Positions 11,066-22,412 of a DNA stretch of 64,000 bases are shown here, in pieces. The stretch's first letter is position 1; every line of letters starts with the position of its first letter. Origin of the DNA: Pachysolen tannophilus NRRL Y-2460 (Eukaryota); contig KV454012.1 in the NCBI GenBank assembly GCA_001661245.1, forward strand, positions 526,147 to 590,146. Reading direction: 5' to 3'. The translations under genes were made by a program, and so were the position numbers. Below the pieces are notes generated by a model. That model was not told the origin of the DNA and did not search any database. It saw only the letters and a program-made list of their open reading frames with translations.

Positions 11066-13318
11066 TTAATTACCTTTGTAGATAAAACTTTCTAACGTCA
11101 AATTCCTTGCCCTTTCGTTGAACGAGTCTGTTAAACTTTTCGATCTTAGACCTGTATTACGATAATCTGTGGGTTTCCGCTTAATTCCAGGTTGTTTACT
11201 TAAAGTTTTTTCCAATTTAATTTTGGATCTTGGTTCTATTTTCGAATGGACTTTGTTTTCCAATAAATTAAGATTTTTCTCCAGTAAAGGTTGTCTCTTA
11301 TTTGATTTAACGTCATGTTTAACATTTCCTTTCAATTGTAGTAAATTGGTTTCAGGAGTATTAAAACTAAATTTTTGATTCAATCCGTTTCTTATGGTTA
11401 AAAATTTTTCATCGTTTTCAAGATCGGTTTTTTCAGTTATCAAAGTATTTCTCTTTCTATGAACTGGTGATTCAATTTCTGAAATATCTTCATCAATATC
11501 ACTCGATGCTAAAATGTGGCTCTTTAACTTGGTGTCATTAGTTTCCTCTGGTGCTGAAATTGTCGAAGATTTGTCACTTGCATTGCTGTTGGTTGGATGT
11601 GTTTGGGTCAAAATTACCAGCAGATCATCATTATTTTCATCATATTCAGATAATTCATCAACTTCAAAATCGCTAGAATTCAAAGCCTGATCTAAGATAA
11701 ACTTAGTATTTACTTTAGCAAAAGCCTCCTGCTTTGATGAAGTAGTTGATGACATCGAGTCATTATCTTGTTCAAAATCACTATATTCTAATTTTGGAAT
11801 TAAATTTTGGGATTCTAGTAGTATATCCTCATTTGGTTTATCATCCTTCGTTTCTAACTTTCCAGTGAAAAACTTACTTTTTGTTGGTATTACTAGATTA
11901 CTATCTTCATTATCATGCAAAAGTTTTTTCCTCTTTGTAGTTGGTGATGATATCGGTTTCTTCTTTTCAGAAACTGGTGTCAAATTCCCTGGATTCCCTG
12001 AATTCCTTGAATCTCTAATTCCTCTTTTCAATGGCGTTTCAGATAACTCCTTGTGATTTAACGACAGCATTGTATCAGTAACCTCTGTTTTAGCTACAGA
12101 AGTGGAAAAGGGGGAAAAAAAATTATCAATCGATTTAAATTGTGAATTTTTAGATTTGGCAAATGGAGTCGAATACGCTCTCAAAGACGATCTCGAAGTT
12201 GGATACTTATTGAGTAATGATGCTGTATGATCAATCATAGTTAATGTTCTTGTAGCTGTCACATTAGTCGCGGAACTAGCAGGTATTATTCTATGCATTA
12301 CTTCTCTTGATACAAGTGGAATTTTCTTTATAGGATCCAAATCTCCACAGGCAATCCCAATATGCATTGATTCATCCAACGTGTTCCCACTACACGATTT
12401 CAATAGCTCAGGCACTTCTTGTGGTAAATCATTCAAATGAGTTGATTTTTGTAACAAAGGATCAAATACTAATTGATATTGAAACGCCAAATCTGCTCTT
12501 TTGTATTCTTCCAAGAAATCAGGAGGAATTTTATATTTTCCTTCCAACTTCAATGCCAAAATTACCTTCTCCATTGTACTATATTTTTTCACAATTTGAA
12601 ATGCTTTGTTCACACCAATACCGCTGATACCTTTAGTATAATCACAACCACTAAGAGACGCGACCATTCTTAATTGTTCCTTTGTCATTAAATTAATTGG
12701 AACCTGACTACATTTTTTAAAATTTTCTCTACTAATCTCAACACATTCACCTTTATCATTCAATTTGGTAATCAATTTCTTACATCCAAAGATCAACAAA
12801 TCAGAGTCTTCACTAATAATCCCATCTACTAACCCTTTTTGTTCAAGATAAACCATTTGCGAATCGGCCTCATATGGCGCAACAACATACCGAATATTCT
12901 TAGCCTTTAACAGCTCAATTAAAGACTTGGCCATTGATGGAGTGATATCACAACATTTCTGGAAAAGACAATTGGCCAACTTATGGTTCCCATTTTGATA
13001 AGCTATTAAACCTTGCTTCTTACATTCCTCACGCTTCTTACTTCTTTCAAACTCGGTATTTGCCTTACAAGGTAAATAATCTCCATCAAAAACCATATAT
13101 GGAGTTATTCCAAAATGGTTCAACATCTCGATTCTTTTCAACACAAAATTTATGTATTTTCTGGTTGGTTTACCTTGAGCCAATTCAGTAGAGCACGATA
13201 TGATAGACCGGTGCAACCATGCGTACGTGTCAACCGCCAATATCTTCCCTTTATACCTCAACAAAGTGGTTGGTTCTTGAATCTGCTTTAGCGCAGGCAA
13301 TAAACCAGTGACACCCAT
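11066..13318 (-). CDS. EXO1: Exonuclease 1 (XPG/FEN1 family)
   Basis: MGVTGLLP...AVDTYAWLH, VFDG, APYEADSQM, IISEDSDLLIFG, SGCDY; an Mlh1-interaction-like KSKFF motif; C-terminal LESFIYKG. Confidence 0.96.
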   Translation of the reverse strand: MGVTGLLPALKQIQEPTTLLRYKGKILAVDTYAWLHRSIISCSTELAQGKPTRKYINFVLKRIEMLNHFGITPYMVFDGDYLPCKANTEFERSKKREECKKQGLIAYQNGNHKLANCLFQKCCDITPSMAKSLIELLKAKNIRYVVAPYEADSQMVYLEQKGLVDGIISEDSDLLIFGCKKLITKLNDKGECVEISRENFKKCSQVPINLMTKEQLRMVASLSGCDYTKGISGIGVNKAFQIVKKYSTMEKVILALKLEGKYKIPPDFLEEYKRADLAFQYQLVFDPLLQKSTHLNDLPQEVPELLKSCSGNTLDESMHIGIACGDLDPIKKIPLVSREVMHRIIPASSATNVTATRTLTMIDHTASLLNKYPTSRSSLRAYSTPFAKSKNSQFKSIDNFFSPFSTSVAKTEVTDTMLSLNHKELSETPLKRGIRDSRNSGNPGNLTPVSEKKKPISSPTTKRKKLLHDNEDSNLVIPTKSKFFTGKLETKDDKPNEDILLESQNLIPKLEYSDFEQDNDSMSSTTSSKQEAFAKVNTKFILDQALNSSDFEVDELSEYDENNDDLLVILTQTHPTNSNASDKSSTISAPEETNDTKLKSHILASSDIDEDISEIESPVHRKRNTLITEKTDLENDEKFLTIRNGLNQKFSFNTPETNLLQLKGNVKHDVKSNKRQPLLEKNLNLLENKVHSKIEPRSKIKLEKTLSKQPGIKRKPTDYRNTGLRSKSLTDSFNERARNLTLESFIYKGN

Positions 13319-13567
13319 TCCTTTACCAACAGAATTGTGCTGTATATTACCGTGTTCTTCTTTTATGAAATGGGTTTATAAAGCAACCAAATTCATTTGT
13401 TTACTCTTTTTTAATTTTTAAATGCACAAAAAAAAATAAATAAGAAACGAAAAATTTGGTGAAAAATTCCAAAAAAGAAAAATTGGACTTATCATTAATT
13501 CATCAGTAATTCAGCTCTTTATGAGTAGTTTTAAATTGGAGAAAGGAATCGGAAGTTCAGGTCTGGT

Positions 13568-14833
13568 ATGAGTGATGCTTATGGCAATGATACGGAGTTG
13601 AAATTGTTGAAGTTGAAGAAACTGTTCCCTGAAATTACAGATGATTCAATACTTTTGGAAATTTTATTATCCTGTGATGGCTCGTTAAGTAAAACCAGAT
13701 CAGTTCTTTCGGAGCAGTTTGAAATAGGTGAAAGTTGTGGTAAGAGGAAGTTTGATGAAGAAAGTGGTAGTTTTGGTTCTAAATATCAATCATCTATAAA
13801 TCATTTTTTCGATGGTGGGAGTAGTAAAAATAAGAAATTGAAATTAGAAATTAACAAGTCAAACACCAAGACTATCACGTTATATACAAAAGAAGATATT
13901 GAAGCTACAATACCTTATGTTACATTCCATAAGAATTTTTTACCTCCAGAAATTGCGGATAATGCTTTGAGATATATTTTACAACCAGAGCATCATTTAA
14001 AGGAGAATGAGTTTTATTTATTTGATAACAAATGTAAGTCTTCACACAAAAGTGGTATCTTTTCGAACCCGGATCCATTCATAACTAATTTAAGAACTAA
14101 TAGGGTCTTCTACGATGGGAAAGAAGTTAAAAATTTTAATTCTTATAACAACGATATGGGTATTATACAAGTGCTTATAGAGAACTTAATGGAGGAATTG
14201 AACTCAACGAGACAAAAGTTGTCACCATTTCAACCTACAGAGTGGAAAGGTGATGTATGTGTTGTGAATAGATATGATACAAAACAAGATCATTTAGATT
14301 GGCATTCGGACAAGTTAACAAATATGGGACCGTTGCCGACTATACTGTCTTTGTCGTTGGGTGCCACGCGAGAGTTTAAACTCCGTAAAAATCATCCTTT
14401 TGAAAACAATCCAAATCCTATACTTTCAATTCCTCTCCCACATAATACTCTAATAATAATGCATTCAGGATGTCAGGAAGAGTATAAGCATTGTGTAATG
14501 TCGTCATCAAGACCAATCGATGGACATACCATTTCAAAACAAGTTAGAGTAAATTTGACTTATAGATATTTTCATCCTCGCTTTCAAACTTCTAATTTAC
14601 CTAAATGTCCGAAATGTAAAAATTCAATGCTGTTAAGAAGGAGTTTTAAAAGTGTCACAAGCAGAGGGAAGTATATTTGGATGTGTATGGGAGGATACTT
14701 GGGGAAAAATTGTAATGGATTTCACTGGGCAAATTTCAATAAAAAAGATTTAATTACCGATGATGAAAATGACTGTTCTGAATGGATTGCAAAGGATGAT
14801 TATGAAAAATTGGATTATTTGGGTAGGAAATAG
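13568..14833 (+). CDS. AlkB (ALKBH2/3-like) Fe(II)/2-oxoglutarate dioxygenase with an N-terminal CUE-like domain and a C-terminal GRF-type zinc finger
   Basis: WHSD...YKH...RVNLTYR catalytic residues; PTI(A)SLSLGATREF; N-terminal LKK(A)FPE...LLEILL; C-terminal CPKC...GKYIWMC...C..FHW. Confidence 0.85.
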   Translation: MSDAYGNDTELKLLKLKKLFPEITDDSILLEILLSCDGSLSKTRSVLSEQFEIGESCGKRKFDEESGSFGSKYQSSINHFFDGGSSKNKKLKLEINKSNTKTITLYTKEDIEATIPYVTFHKNFLPPEIADNALRYILQPEHHLKENEFYLFDNKCKSSHKSGIFSNPDPFITNLRTNRVFYDGKEVKNFNSYNNDMGIIQVLIENLMEELNSTRQKLSPFQPTEWKGDVCVVNRYDTKQDHLDWHSDKLTNMGPLPTILSLSLGATREFKLRKNHPFENNPNPILSIPLPHNTLIIMHSGCQEEYKHCVMSSSRPIDGHTISKQVRVNLTYRYFHPRFQTSNLPKCPKCKNSMLLRRSFKSVTSRGKYIWMCMGGYLGKNCNGFHWANFNKKDLITDDENDCSEWIAKDDYEKLDYLGRK

Positions 14834-15133
14834 GGACGTTTTAATGGGTTTACATATGGCTGTTTTGGATCAAGCAGAATAAAAATATTTTTAAAATTTA
14901 AGTAGTAAATTTGTTTAATAAAATATCTAAGATAAAAAAAAGATTTGATAGGAAAAGATGAGCAAAAGAGTACACAACTATTGAAGAATCTCAATTGGCA
15001 TTGAAATAAATTGTGTTCACCTTTTTTCTATAAACGATTTATCTTCAATTAATTTTTTTTTTTTTTTGGAATTTTCATTTTTATTTTTCATCATTTAAAA
15101 CTTTTATTCTTTCGTTTATGTACATCAGTAACC

Positions 15134-18100
15134 TCAAAAATGGACAAATCTTTGAGTTAAAGTATTGACGCCACCAGTAACACCGCTTTCAGGTAGCTTT
15201 GTCGGCTTCTCGTTATCCATCTTATCTCTAATACTCCTATGAATATGGCTTAAATAGTCAGAATATCCATATATCTTATCGGATGATCTGTCCTCGACCA
15301 ATATTTCTCTAAATTCTGCTTCAACTCCATCGATACCTTTACGGCATATTTGAACTGGAGCAAATTCCAAATTCATATAGTTTTTAGTGATAAAACTAAT
15401 TAAGTTAGAAACCTGTGTTGATATATGTGTATCCAATTGAGGCAATTCATCCAATAATGGATCTATTTCACTATATGTGTTGATATTAGGACCAAAAAGA
15501 TCTTTTAATAAAAGTGGATTAACCAGCTCATGAATGAAAATTATTATTTTATCTCCATTAAAAGCTAAGTAACAACCACCATATTCTATTGATGTTGAAG
15601 CCAGAGGAACATGGTGAGGCATTGAAAAATGGCCAGTTTCATCATCGAACATACAGTCTTCGTCTGCTAAACTGTGCAATGCTACAATCATTGGATATAA
15701 GTAGAAACTAATTTTATCCAGGGTCCAAAAGTTCAAAAAATGCCAGCTCATTACTTTTGAATCTCCATCTCGTAATCCAGACTTTACTAACTTGGTTTTT
15801 TGGAATCCTAAAATATACATGGCCAAGCAAGTTAAAGTTTCCGGGAAAACCAATTGATTTGGTAATGAAGTATGTGCAGCAACCACAGTTCTGTATTGAG
15901 TGAGCATATTTACCAAGTCCAAATTGGATAAGTTCCTAATAGATTGTAAAGTAGCAGTTGGTAATTTTATCAATTGCTGTTTAATCCATAAATTAAGAAC
16001 AGTATCTTGATCTGCCATTGCAAAAACATCAGCAGCACGATCACTGACAGCATTAACCATGTTGATAACTCTTACTTTTCTAACACCACACTTGTCCGTA
16101 TATAATAAAGCTGCTTGGAAATGAGCGTCAAGCTTTGTATCAAGTTTATCATCCAAAGTGAAGTCACACATAAATGTTTGATCTGAATTAAGAATTGGTA
16201 ATATAGGATCTTGTCCATCTTTTGAAGTGTAATTTCCGTAATAATTATGTAATTGTAAACCACTTGAACAACGAACTTTCAACTGTCCTTGATATCCAAC
16301 ATCATTTAAAATCGATGCTTTAAATTCAAAGACAAATTTACGTTCATCTCTATTGACGTTATAATTTCGATAAACTTTCAAATTTCCTCCTGTCTTATAA
16401 GTTACATGAGCAGTGTTACTAAGATCAACAGATGTATTTGAAATAACAAATAAGTCTAATCCAGCTCCTGAATCAGCATAATCTTTTGCAAGCATTTTAT
16501 AATAATTTTCATCTGCAGTTAAAACTTGCTTATCTCTTTCAACAATGTTTATATTTGAATCATCTTTATATTTTAAAGAACCTGGACCCCAACTTGGTAA
16601 TTTAGACAAAATAGCAGAGACTTTACCACCTCCAACTGATTTCAATGCATCTAATGCTACCCTTAATGCTGAACCGTAACAAGGATCTGGAATTTTGGAA
16701 TAGTCGTTAATTGATTCAAATTTACTTAAAGTATCTTCAATAATGGATCTTGATTCATTTGGATCTACAAAGAACCCTCCATAAAATGGAATAAATGGAT
16801 CATCCAAATCACTGACTGTAGATACAGATGGGGTCTGTAACGAAGGACTCAAATTATGGAAATGTAGACATCTATCAAAAGTGATAATTGCAATTTTGGA
16901 ATTTGGTGGTAAATTACTAGATTCTTTCCCACCATAAAGTGCTTGTCTTATAGCATCACTTGAACTACGAGGTAAATCAAGTGCAATTGAAGATTCACTA
17001 ATATCAATCAAGAAAACGTAATGCATTGGAACTGGTGGAACATCTTTTTCGACATAATATTCTTCTGGAACGATGAAATCAACTACTCCTCTATGTAATT
17101 CTGGACGTTGATAATAATCGACTCTTTTCCCAGTTACATCGATTGAAGAACCATAATTTGGAGGACAAGGACTTGCAAACTGACACATATTACAAACTAT
17201 TTTATAATCTGGTGTATGTTGCATTAATGGATTAATATAAGTACGACAACGGCGACATCTTGGAGGACCTCCAAACTCGGTCAAATCCACAACAGGAATT
17301 TCTTCCTTTTCAGCAGGTGCAAATGGTCTAAAAATTATTCCCAAAGGAAGTCTCGTTACTTTTAATAATTCTTTAGAAGATGGGATTGAGTATAAACTTG
17401 ATCTCATGAAATTTGGTGATGCAATTCCTTGATCTACAATTGTCGGTACTTGTACACCACATGGTGGTGGAGCAACATCTTGAAATGTTCTAAAATCTGG
17501 TTTAGAAGCCCAAACTTTCAGCAGCTCATTACGGTAACTTGAAAGCTGGATATGATTATCTGGTTGAAAATTCAGATTTACTCCCGTATCTGGTATATCT
17601 GTTATAACTTCTGTTGGGAAGACTAATTGTTCTGCACTATTTGGTAATTGGGGCACTGGCGGGGGCGGTGTAATCGGCACACTAGAACTGCTACCAAACT
17701 GTTGTTGATGTTGTTGTTGTTGCAGCTGCTGCTGTAGCACAGGTATCTGTTGTTGTTGTTGCTGTTGCTGATACTGCTGCTGTGTACTAGATGAAGATGA
17801 ATAAAATCTGTTTAAAGTTGGTTGTGATTGAGTTTGATGGAACAGAAGATACGAGTTGTCGTGCACGTTACTAAAAGGAACCTGGGATTGCAAATGCCTT
17901 AATTGCGGGTGTGTTGGTGACAGATGGAACGGCGCTCCCAATCCACCGGCGGTCCCTGTATATTGTTGTTGTTGTTGTTGTTGATGCAGTTGTTGTTGTT
18001 GAAAAGGAATTGTGTCCAATGAAAAATTACTATTCAGTGGTAACTGTTGATTTGATGAAGCCGCTGACATTGTAGTAGAACCAATTCCATGAGAATTTCC

Positions 18101-18460
18101 AGAAGGTTGATAAGGTCCACTTGCCGCCATTGCGGTTGAAGATGTAGATGTAGTTGCTGTTTGAAAATGTTGATTATAAAAAATATTTGTTGTATTGCTA
18201 TTAAATTGTGGTGTTGGTGATCTATAAATTAATCGTGGTGAAGGTCCCGCGCTTACATTGCCACTAGTAGACCGTTGATGTTGATGCATCACCGCTTCAC
18301 TATCAACAACATAAACCGGTCTTTTTTTCTTAGATCCAGAAACTGAAGAAGCTGTTGATGAAGTTCTTTGTGGAACCATTGATGGATTACCAAATTGTAA
18401 ATTTTGAATACCTTGACTAATCAGGTTCAAATCATTTTGTTCCTGGTAATTGCGAGCCAT
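15134..18460 (-). CDS. SFB3: COPII cargo adaptor, Sec24 family (Sfb3/Lst1, SEC24C/D type)
   Basis: Q/P-rich N-terminus; zinc finger PPRCRRCRTYINP...CNMC; vWA trunk YVFLIDIS; KVRCSSGL; FQAALLYT...RKVRVIN; LVEDR. The paralog assignment rests on the DQG..SP.FMR region. Confidence 0.8.
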   Translation of the reverse strand: MARNYQEQNDLNLISQGIQNLQFGNPSMVPQRTSSTASSVSGSKKKRPVYVVDSEAVMHQHQRSTSGNVSAGPSPRLIYRSPTPQFNSNTTNIFYNQHFQTATTSTSSTAMAASGPYQPSGNSHGIGSTTMSAASSNQQLPLNSNFSLDTIPFQQQQLHQQQQQQQYTGTAGGLGAPFHLSPTHPQLRHLQSQVPFSNVHDNSYLLFHQTQSQPTLNRFYSSSSSTQQQYQQQQQQQQIPVLQQQLQQQQHQQQFGSSSSVPITPPPPVPQLPNSAEQLVFPTEVITDIPDTGVNLNFQPDNHIQLSSYRNELLKVWASKPDFRTFQDVAPPPCGVQVPTIVDQGIASPNFMRSSLYSIPSSKELLKVTRLPLGIIFRPFAPAEKEEIPVVDLTEFGGPPRCRRCRTYINPLMQHTPDYKIVCNMCQFASPCPPNYGSSIDVTGKRVDYYQRPELHRGVVDFIVPEEYYVEKDVPPVPMHYVFLIDISESSIALDLPRSSSDAIRQALYGGKESSNLPPNSKIAIITFDRCLHFHNLSPSLQTPSVSTVSDLDDPFIPFYGGFFVDPNESRSIIEDTLSKFESINDYSKIPDPCYGSALRVALDALKSVGGGKVSAILSKLPSWGPGSLKYKDDSNINIVERDKQVLTADENYYKMLAKDYADSGAGLDLFVISNTSVDLSNTAHVTYKTGGNLKVYRNYNVNRDERKFVFEFKASILNDVGYQGQLKVRCSSGLQLHNYYGNYTSKDGQDPILPILNSDQTFMCDFTLDDKLDTKLDAHFQAALLYTDKCGVRKVRVINMVNAVSDRAADVFAMADQDTVLNLWIKQQLIKLPTATLQSIRNLSNLDLVNMLTQYRTVVAAHTSLPNQLVFPETLTCLAMYILGFQKTKLVKSGLRDGDSKVMSWHFLNFWTLDKISFYLYPMIVALHSLADEDCMFDDETGHFSMPHHVPLASTSIEYGGCYLAFNGDKIIIFIHELVNPLLLKDLFGPNINTYSEIDPLLDELPQLDTHISTQVSNLISFITKNYMNLEFAPVQICRKGIDGVEAEFREILVEDRSSDKIYGYSDYLSHIHRSIRDKMDNEKPTKLPESGVTGGVNTLTQRFVHF

Positions 18461-18530
18461 GATATAAATATTTAATTATAAATAAATAATTATATACATA
18501 CAAACAATATACATATATATATATATAAAT

Positions 18531-18561
<31 letters not shown>

Positions 18562-20330
18562 TAATATATATGTATATATATGATTATTATAACTATCTAA
18601 TAGTAGTATAATTACAATATACTAACTATCAAACTATCAATTTAATAATGAAATGTGGAATAATACTATATAGAATTTAAGATATAATTTAAAGTGTAAA
18701 AGTGATCTACGCTAAAAGGAAACAAAAAACAAAAGAAAAAAAAAATTTTTTTTTTTTTTTCTTTTTTTTTTTTTTTTTGGTGTGAAAAGTTTAATTTTCA
18801 ATCCGCCTTGAAAATGAAAACTAATACGAAAAGAAAGCAATTGGAAAAAGCAATGAAAAAAAAAAAAAAAAAAGTTAAAGTATGTAAAAGTATGTAAAAT
18901 GTAAAAATGTAAATATGTATAGACCGGACATTGTTAGATCGGCAGTATCAGAGCCGGATAAAGTATTATTAAATGTTTTATGTATTTTATATTATGATTT
19001 GTAGTTCGGTTGATCGGTTTGGGGCAAACAATTTGATATGAATTATGATTATATGAAGATGAAGATGAATATAGTTTAGATTGATTAAGATCAAGGTGAA
19101 AAAAGATGGTAAAATAATATTAAATATTTTTTGAAATAGAAATCGCGAAATTTACTCGTTTACATGTAACATGCTCTTATTATGAATTAAAATTTAAAAA
19201 AATAGTTATTTTAACTCAAGCATATAAATATAAATATAAATCATATATATATATACCTAGAAATATATATATATATTAAGAAAGTCAAGCGTCACGCGAG
19301 TCACAGAAAGTCGTACTGTTTCTGCCATCCATGTAAAGACAATAAACGTTTCTTTTCCTGATATTTATGCATTGAATAAATGATTGTTACAATTTATAAT
19401 TGTTGTTATTTAATCGCGATTACAAGCATGACAACTATAGTATTAAAATAAATAAATTGTTTTTTGTTTTTTGTTTTTATTATTATTATTTCTATCTTTC
19501 TTTAATTTTTATTTCTTAAATAGAACAAGTTTTACCGGAGTTGATGGTTTTTTTTTTCATATGTATAAGAAGAAGAAATTAACTATATATGCTTGTTGTA
19601 TTAGCGCTGAAACTGCATAAAATGCAAGAAAATCGAGAATTATAATTGTCATCATAATTGCATAAAATATATAGTATAACTAAAATACTATTGAAACACC
19701 GACAAACCCATTAAATTTAAATTCTTCTTCTACACTTGTAACAATTTACAAATAACTAATTATAATTATAATTATAAAATAAAAAAAATTAAATTAAATT
19801 CAACAACTATATACTTTATTTACTAATTAACTTATATTTTACATTATATTATCTTTTCTATATCTATAAAACGTTTTATTGAAAAATGAATTACTATAAG
19901 AAGTAAACCATATTATAAAAATTGTGAAAAACACGTGTAAAAATTTGAATTTTCAATTTGACTCTGTTTATTTTATGTCTTGTCTTGTCTTGTCTTGTCT
20001 TGTGTTTAAAGACATGTGAAAAAGTGAAGATAGATGTACATGTTTTCAACGAATACTTAACAAAGAGAAAAATAAACCATAACAACGGTGGGTGGGTGGC
20101 TAGTCTTAATAGCTAGTCTTAATAGCTTGGCTATATAACTAACTATTTACCTACTTTATAATTATATCTAGATAATATCTATCTATCTATTTATCAGGAT
20201 TTTTTTATAATATTTAGTTAGTTAAAGATGTAAAAAATTGGCAGATTTACCGGTTATTTCCACATCTTTTTAAAAGAAATAATATATAACAAATAGAACA
20301 GGTAATACAAATAAAATAACTAATAATATT

Positions 20331-20361
<31 letters not shown>

Positions 20362-20438
20362 GATATGGAACAGCTGGGGGGTTTTTTTTTGAAATATCAT
20401 CAGTCAGCATTTGTTCTTGTTGTGATTGAAACTTGATC

Positions 20439-21125
20439 ATGGATCGTGGACCTTTTGAATGGGTCATGGAGATACCCACAGTTACAAGATTATGGGCAAT
20501 GGCAATTGTTTCTATTAGTTGTTTAGAATATATTGGTTTATTAACAGAATTAGATTTTTATTATTCAACAACAACAGTTTTCCAAAAACATCAATATTAT
20601 AGATTATTAACATCTTTCTTATATTTTGGAAATTTATCATTTGATTTAGTATTTACACTTTTTTTCGTTATTAGACATTCTGCTGCTTTAGAAGAACAAT
20701 TTCATAAGACAAAAGATTATATTTGGTTTGTTGCAGTAATATGTACAATGGTAATCCTTTATTCAACTTTCATATCTGACTTATATCTTTTAGGTTCATA
20801 TTTGAATGATGTATTATTATTTTTATGGTCAAGACAAAATAGTGATATTGATATGTCAATAATGGGTATTGTCCAATTTAAAGCCATTTATTTACCATTT
20901 GTATATCTAGTATTGGGTTCATTAGTTAAAGATAATAGTGGTAATATATTGAATCATTATGCTGTAGGAATTCTTATTGGTCATACATATGATTTCTTAA
21001 ATTCAGCATTACCAAAATTACATGGGGGTTTTAACATAGTTAAACCAATTTGGTACTGGTTTGAAAATGAAGATGATCAAGAAGTTTTAAGAGGAGATAA
21101 CAATGCAGTTGGAATAAGATTATAA
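20439..21125 (+). CDS. DER1: Derlin, ERAD rhomboid pseudoprotease
   Basis: IPTVTR, QYYRLLTSFLYFG, ALEE, WSRQN, FKAIYLPF, GILIGHTY; short C-terminus with no Dfm1-type SHP extension. ATG at 20439. Confidence 0.85.
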   Translation: MDRGPFEWVMEIPTVTRLWAMAIVSISCLEYIGLLTELDFYYSTTTVFQKHQYYRLLTSFLYFGNLSFDLVFTLFFVIRHSAALEEQFHKTKDYIWFVAVICTMVILYSTFISDLYLLGSYLNDVLLFLWSRQNSDIDMSIMGIVQFKAIYLPFVYLVLGSLVKDNSGNILNHYAVGILIGHTYDFLNSALPKLHGGFNIVKPIWYWFENEDDQEVLRGDNNAVGIRL

Positions 21126-21352
21126 TATATATATATATATATAAATCTAAAAAAAAAAGTGGTTATTATATATAGTATAGGAAAGTTAGTAAAGTAATGA
21201 TATAGAAGGATTAATGAAGGAGGCAAAAATTAAAAAATAAAATAAAAAGATCAAAAAAATTATTTAGTGCGTAATTAGTAAGTAAATTATAATAATAATA
21301 ATAAAACTCATCTTGTGATCTCATCGGATTATAATCAATAATAAACAAAAGG

Positions 21353-22321
21353 ATGAATTTAGATCTTAATTCAATTCAAACAGTTCCACATTGGAATGAA
21401 CGATATGAATCTTTTATTAGAGGTCCATATGATTATTTAAAGAATAAACCTGGTAAAGAACTTCGTACTTTATTAATAGCCAAATTTAATAATTTACTTA
21501 AAGTTGAACCCCTGTCACTGTTATCTTTGGTTGAATCAATAGTGGATATCTTGCACACAGCAAGTCTCTTGATTGATGATGTTGAAGATAGTGCTAATTT
21601 AAGAAGAGGATCTCCTGTATCACATCTGATATTTGGGGTACCTATGACTATAAATTCATCAAATTATATGTATTTTATAGCAATGTTTCAATGTCTACAA
21701 TTATCAAATTCATCAAACAAAATTTTTATTGAAGAAATGATTAATTTACATAGAGGTCAAGGTTTAGATCTTTATTGGAGAGAAAGTTTGATTTGTCCCA
21801 CTGAACAAGAATATATTGATATGGTTATGAATAAAACTGGTGGATTGTTTAGATTAGCTGTAAGGCTTTTACAAGAACAATCAAAATTAAAAGTAGATTT
21901 AGTACCTTTTGCAAACTTATTGGGAATAATATATCAAATAAGAGATGATTATTGTAATTTAACTACATACTCTAAAAATAAAGGATATTGTGAAGATATT
22001 ACAGAGGGAAAATTCTCTTTCCCAGTTGTTCATGCAATAAATTCAGGGGAAAATGGTAATAAAGAGTTAATGAATATTTTAAAATTAAGAACTGAAAGTG
22101 AAGATTTAAAAAAATATGTTGTTGAAGAAATCTTACAAAAAAAAACCAATAGTTTTAAATACTGTGAAGATACTTTAAATACTTTAAAAGTACAGGGAAA
22201 CCATTTATTGGATGGAATATTTAAAAGAATTAGGGAAGTGGATAATAGGCCCGATTTGGTGGATGATATTGATCTGTTAAGAGGTGTGTTATACAAGTTG
22301 TGTGACGTACAAGAATTTTGA
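21353..22321 (+). CDS. BTS1: Geranylgeranyl diphosphate synthase (type III)
   Basis: PGKELR, LHTASLLIDDVED..LRRG (FARM), LHRGQGLDLYW, NKTGGLF, YQIRDDY (SARM), EDITEGKFSFP. Confidence 0.95.
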   Translation: MNLDLNSIQTVPHWNERYESFIRGPYDYLKNKPGKELRTLLIAKFNNLLKVEPLSLLSLVESIVDILHTASLLIDDVEDSANLRRGSPVSHLIFGVPMTINSSNYMYFIAMFQCLQLSNSSNKIFIEEMINLHRGQGLDLYWRESLICPTEQEYIDMVMNKTGGLFRLAVRLLQEQSKLKVDLVPFANLLGIIYQIRDDYCNLTTYSKNKGYCEDITEGKFSFPVVHAINSGENGNKELMNILKLRTESEDLKKYVVEEILQKKTNSFKYCEDTLNTLKVQGNHLLDGIFKRIREVDNRPDLVDDIDLLRGVLYKLCDVQEF

Positions 22322-22412
22322 TAATTTACATATTTATATATATATATTGTATATATAAAATTCAACTAATTTATTATTTCATATGCACACTTTACATATA
22401 TATATATATATA

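Noticed and set aside
21626..21628. CTG in BTS1 (SH-x-IFG) as evidence for CUG=Ser or CUG=Leu
   Set aside because: The column varies among homologs (L or S as recalled) and is outweighed by several Ala-specific sites.
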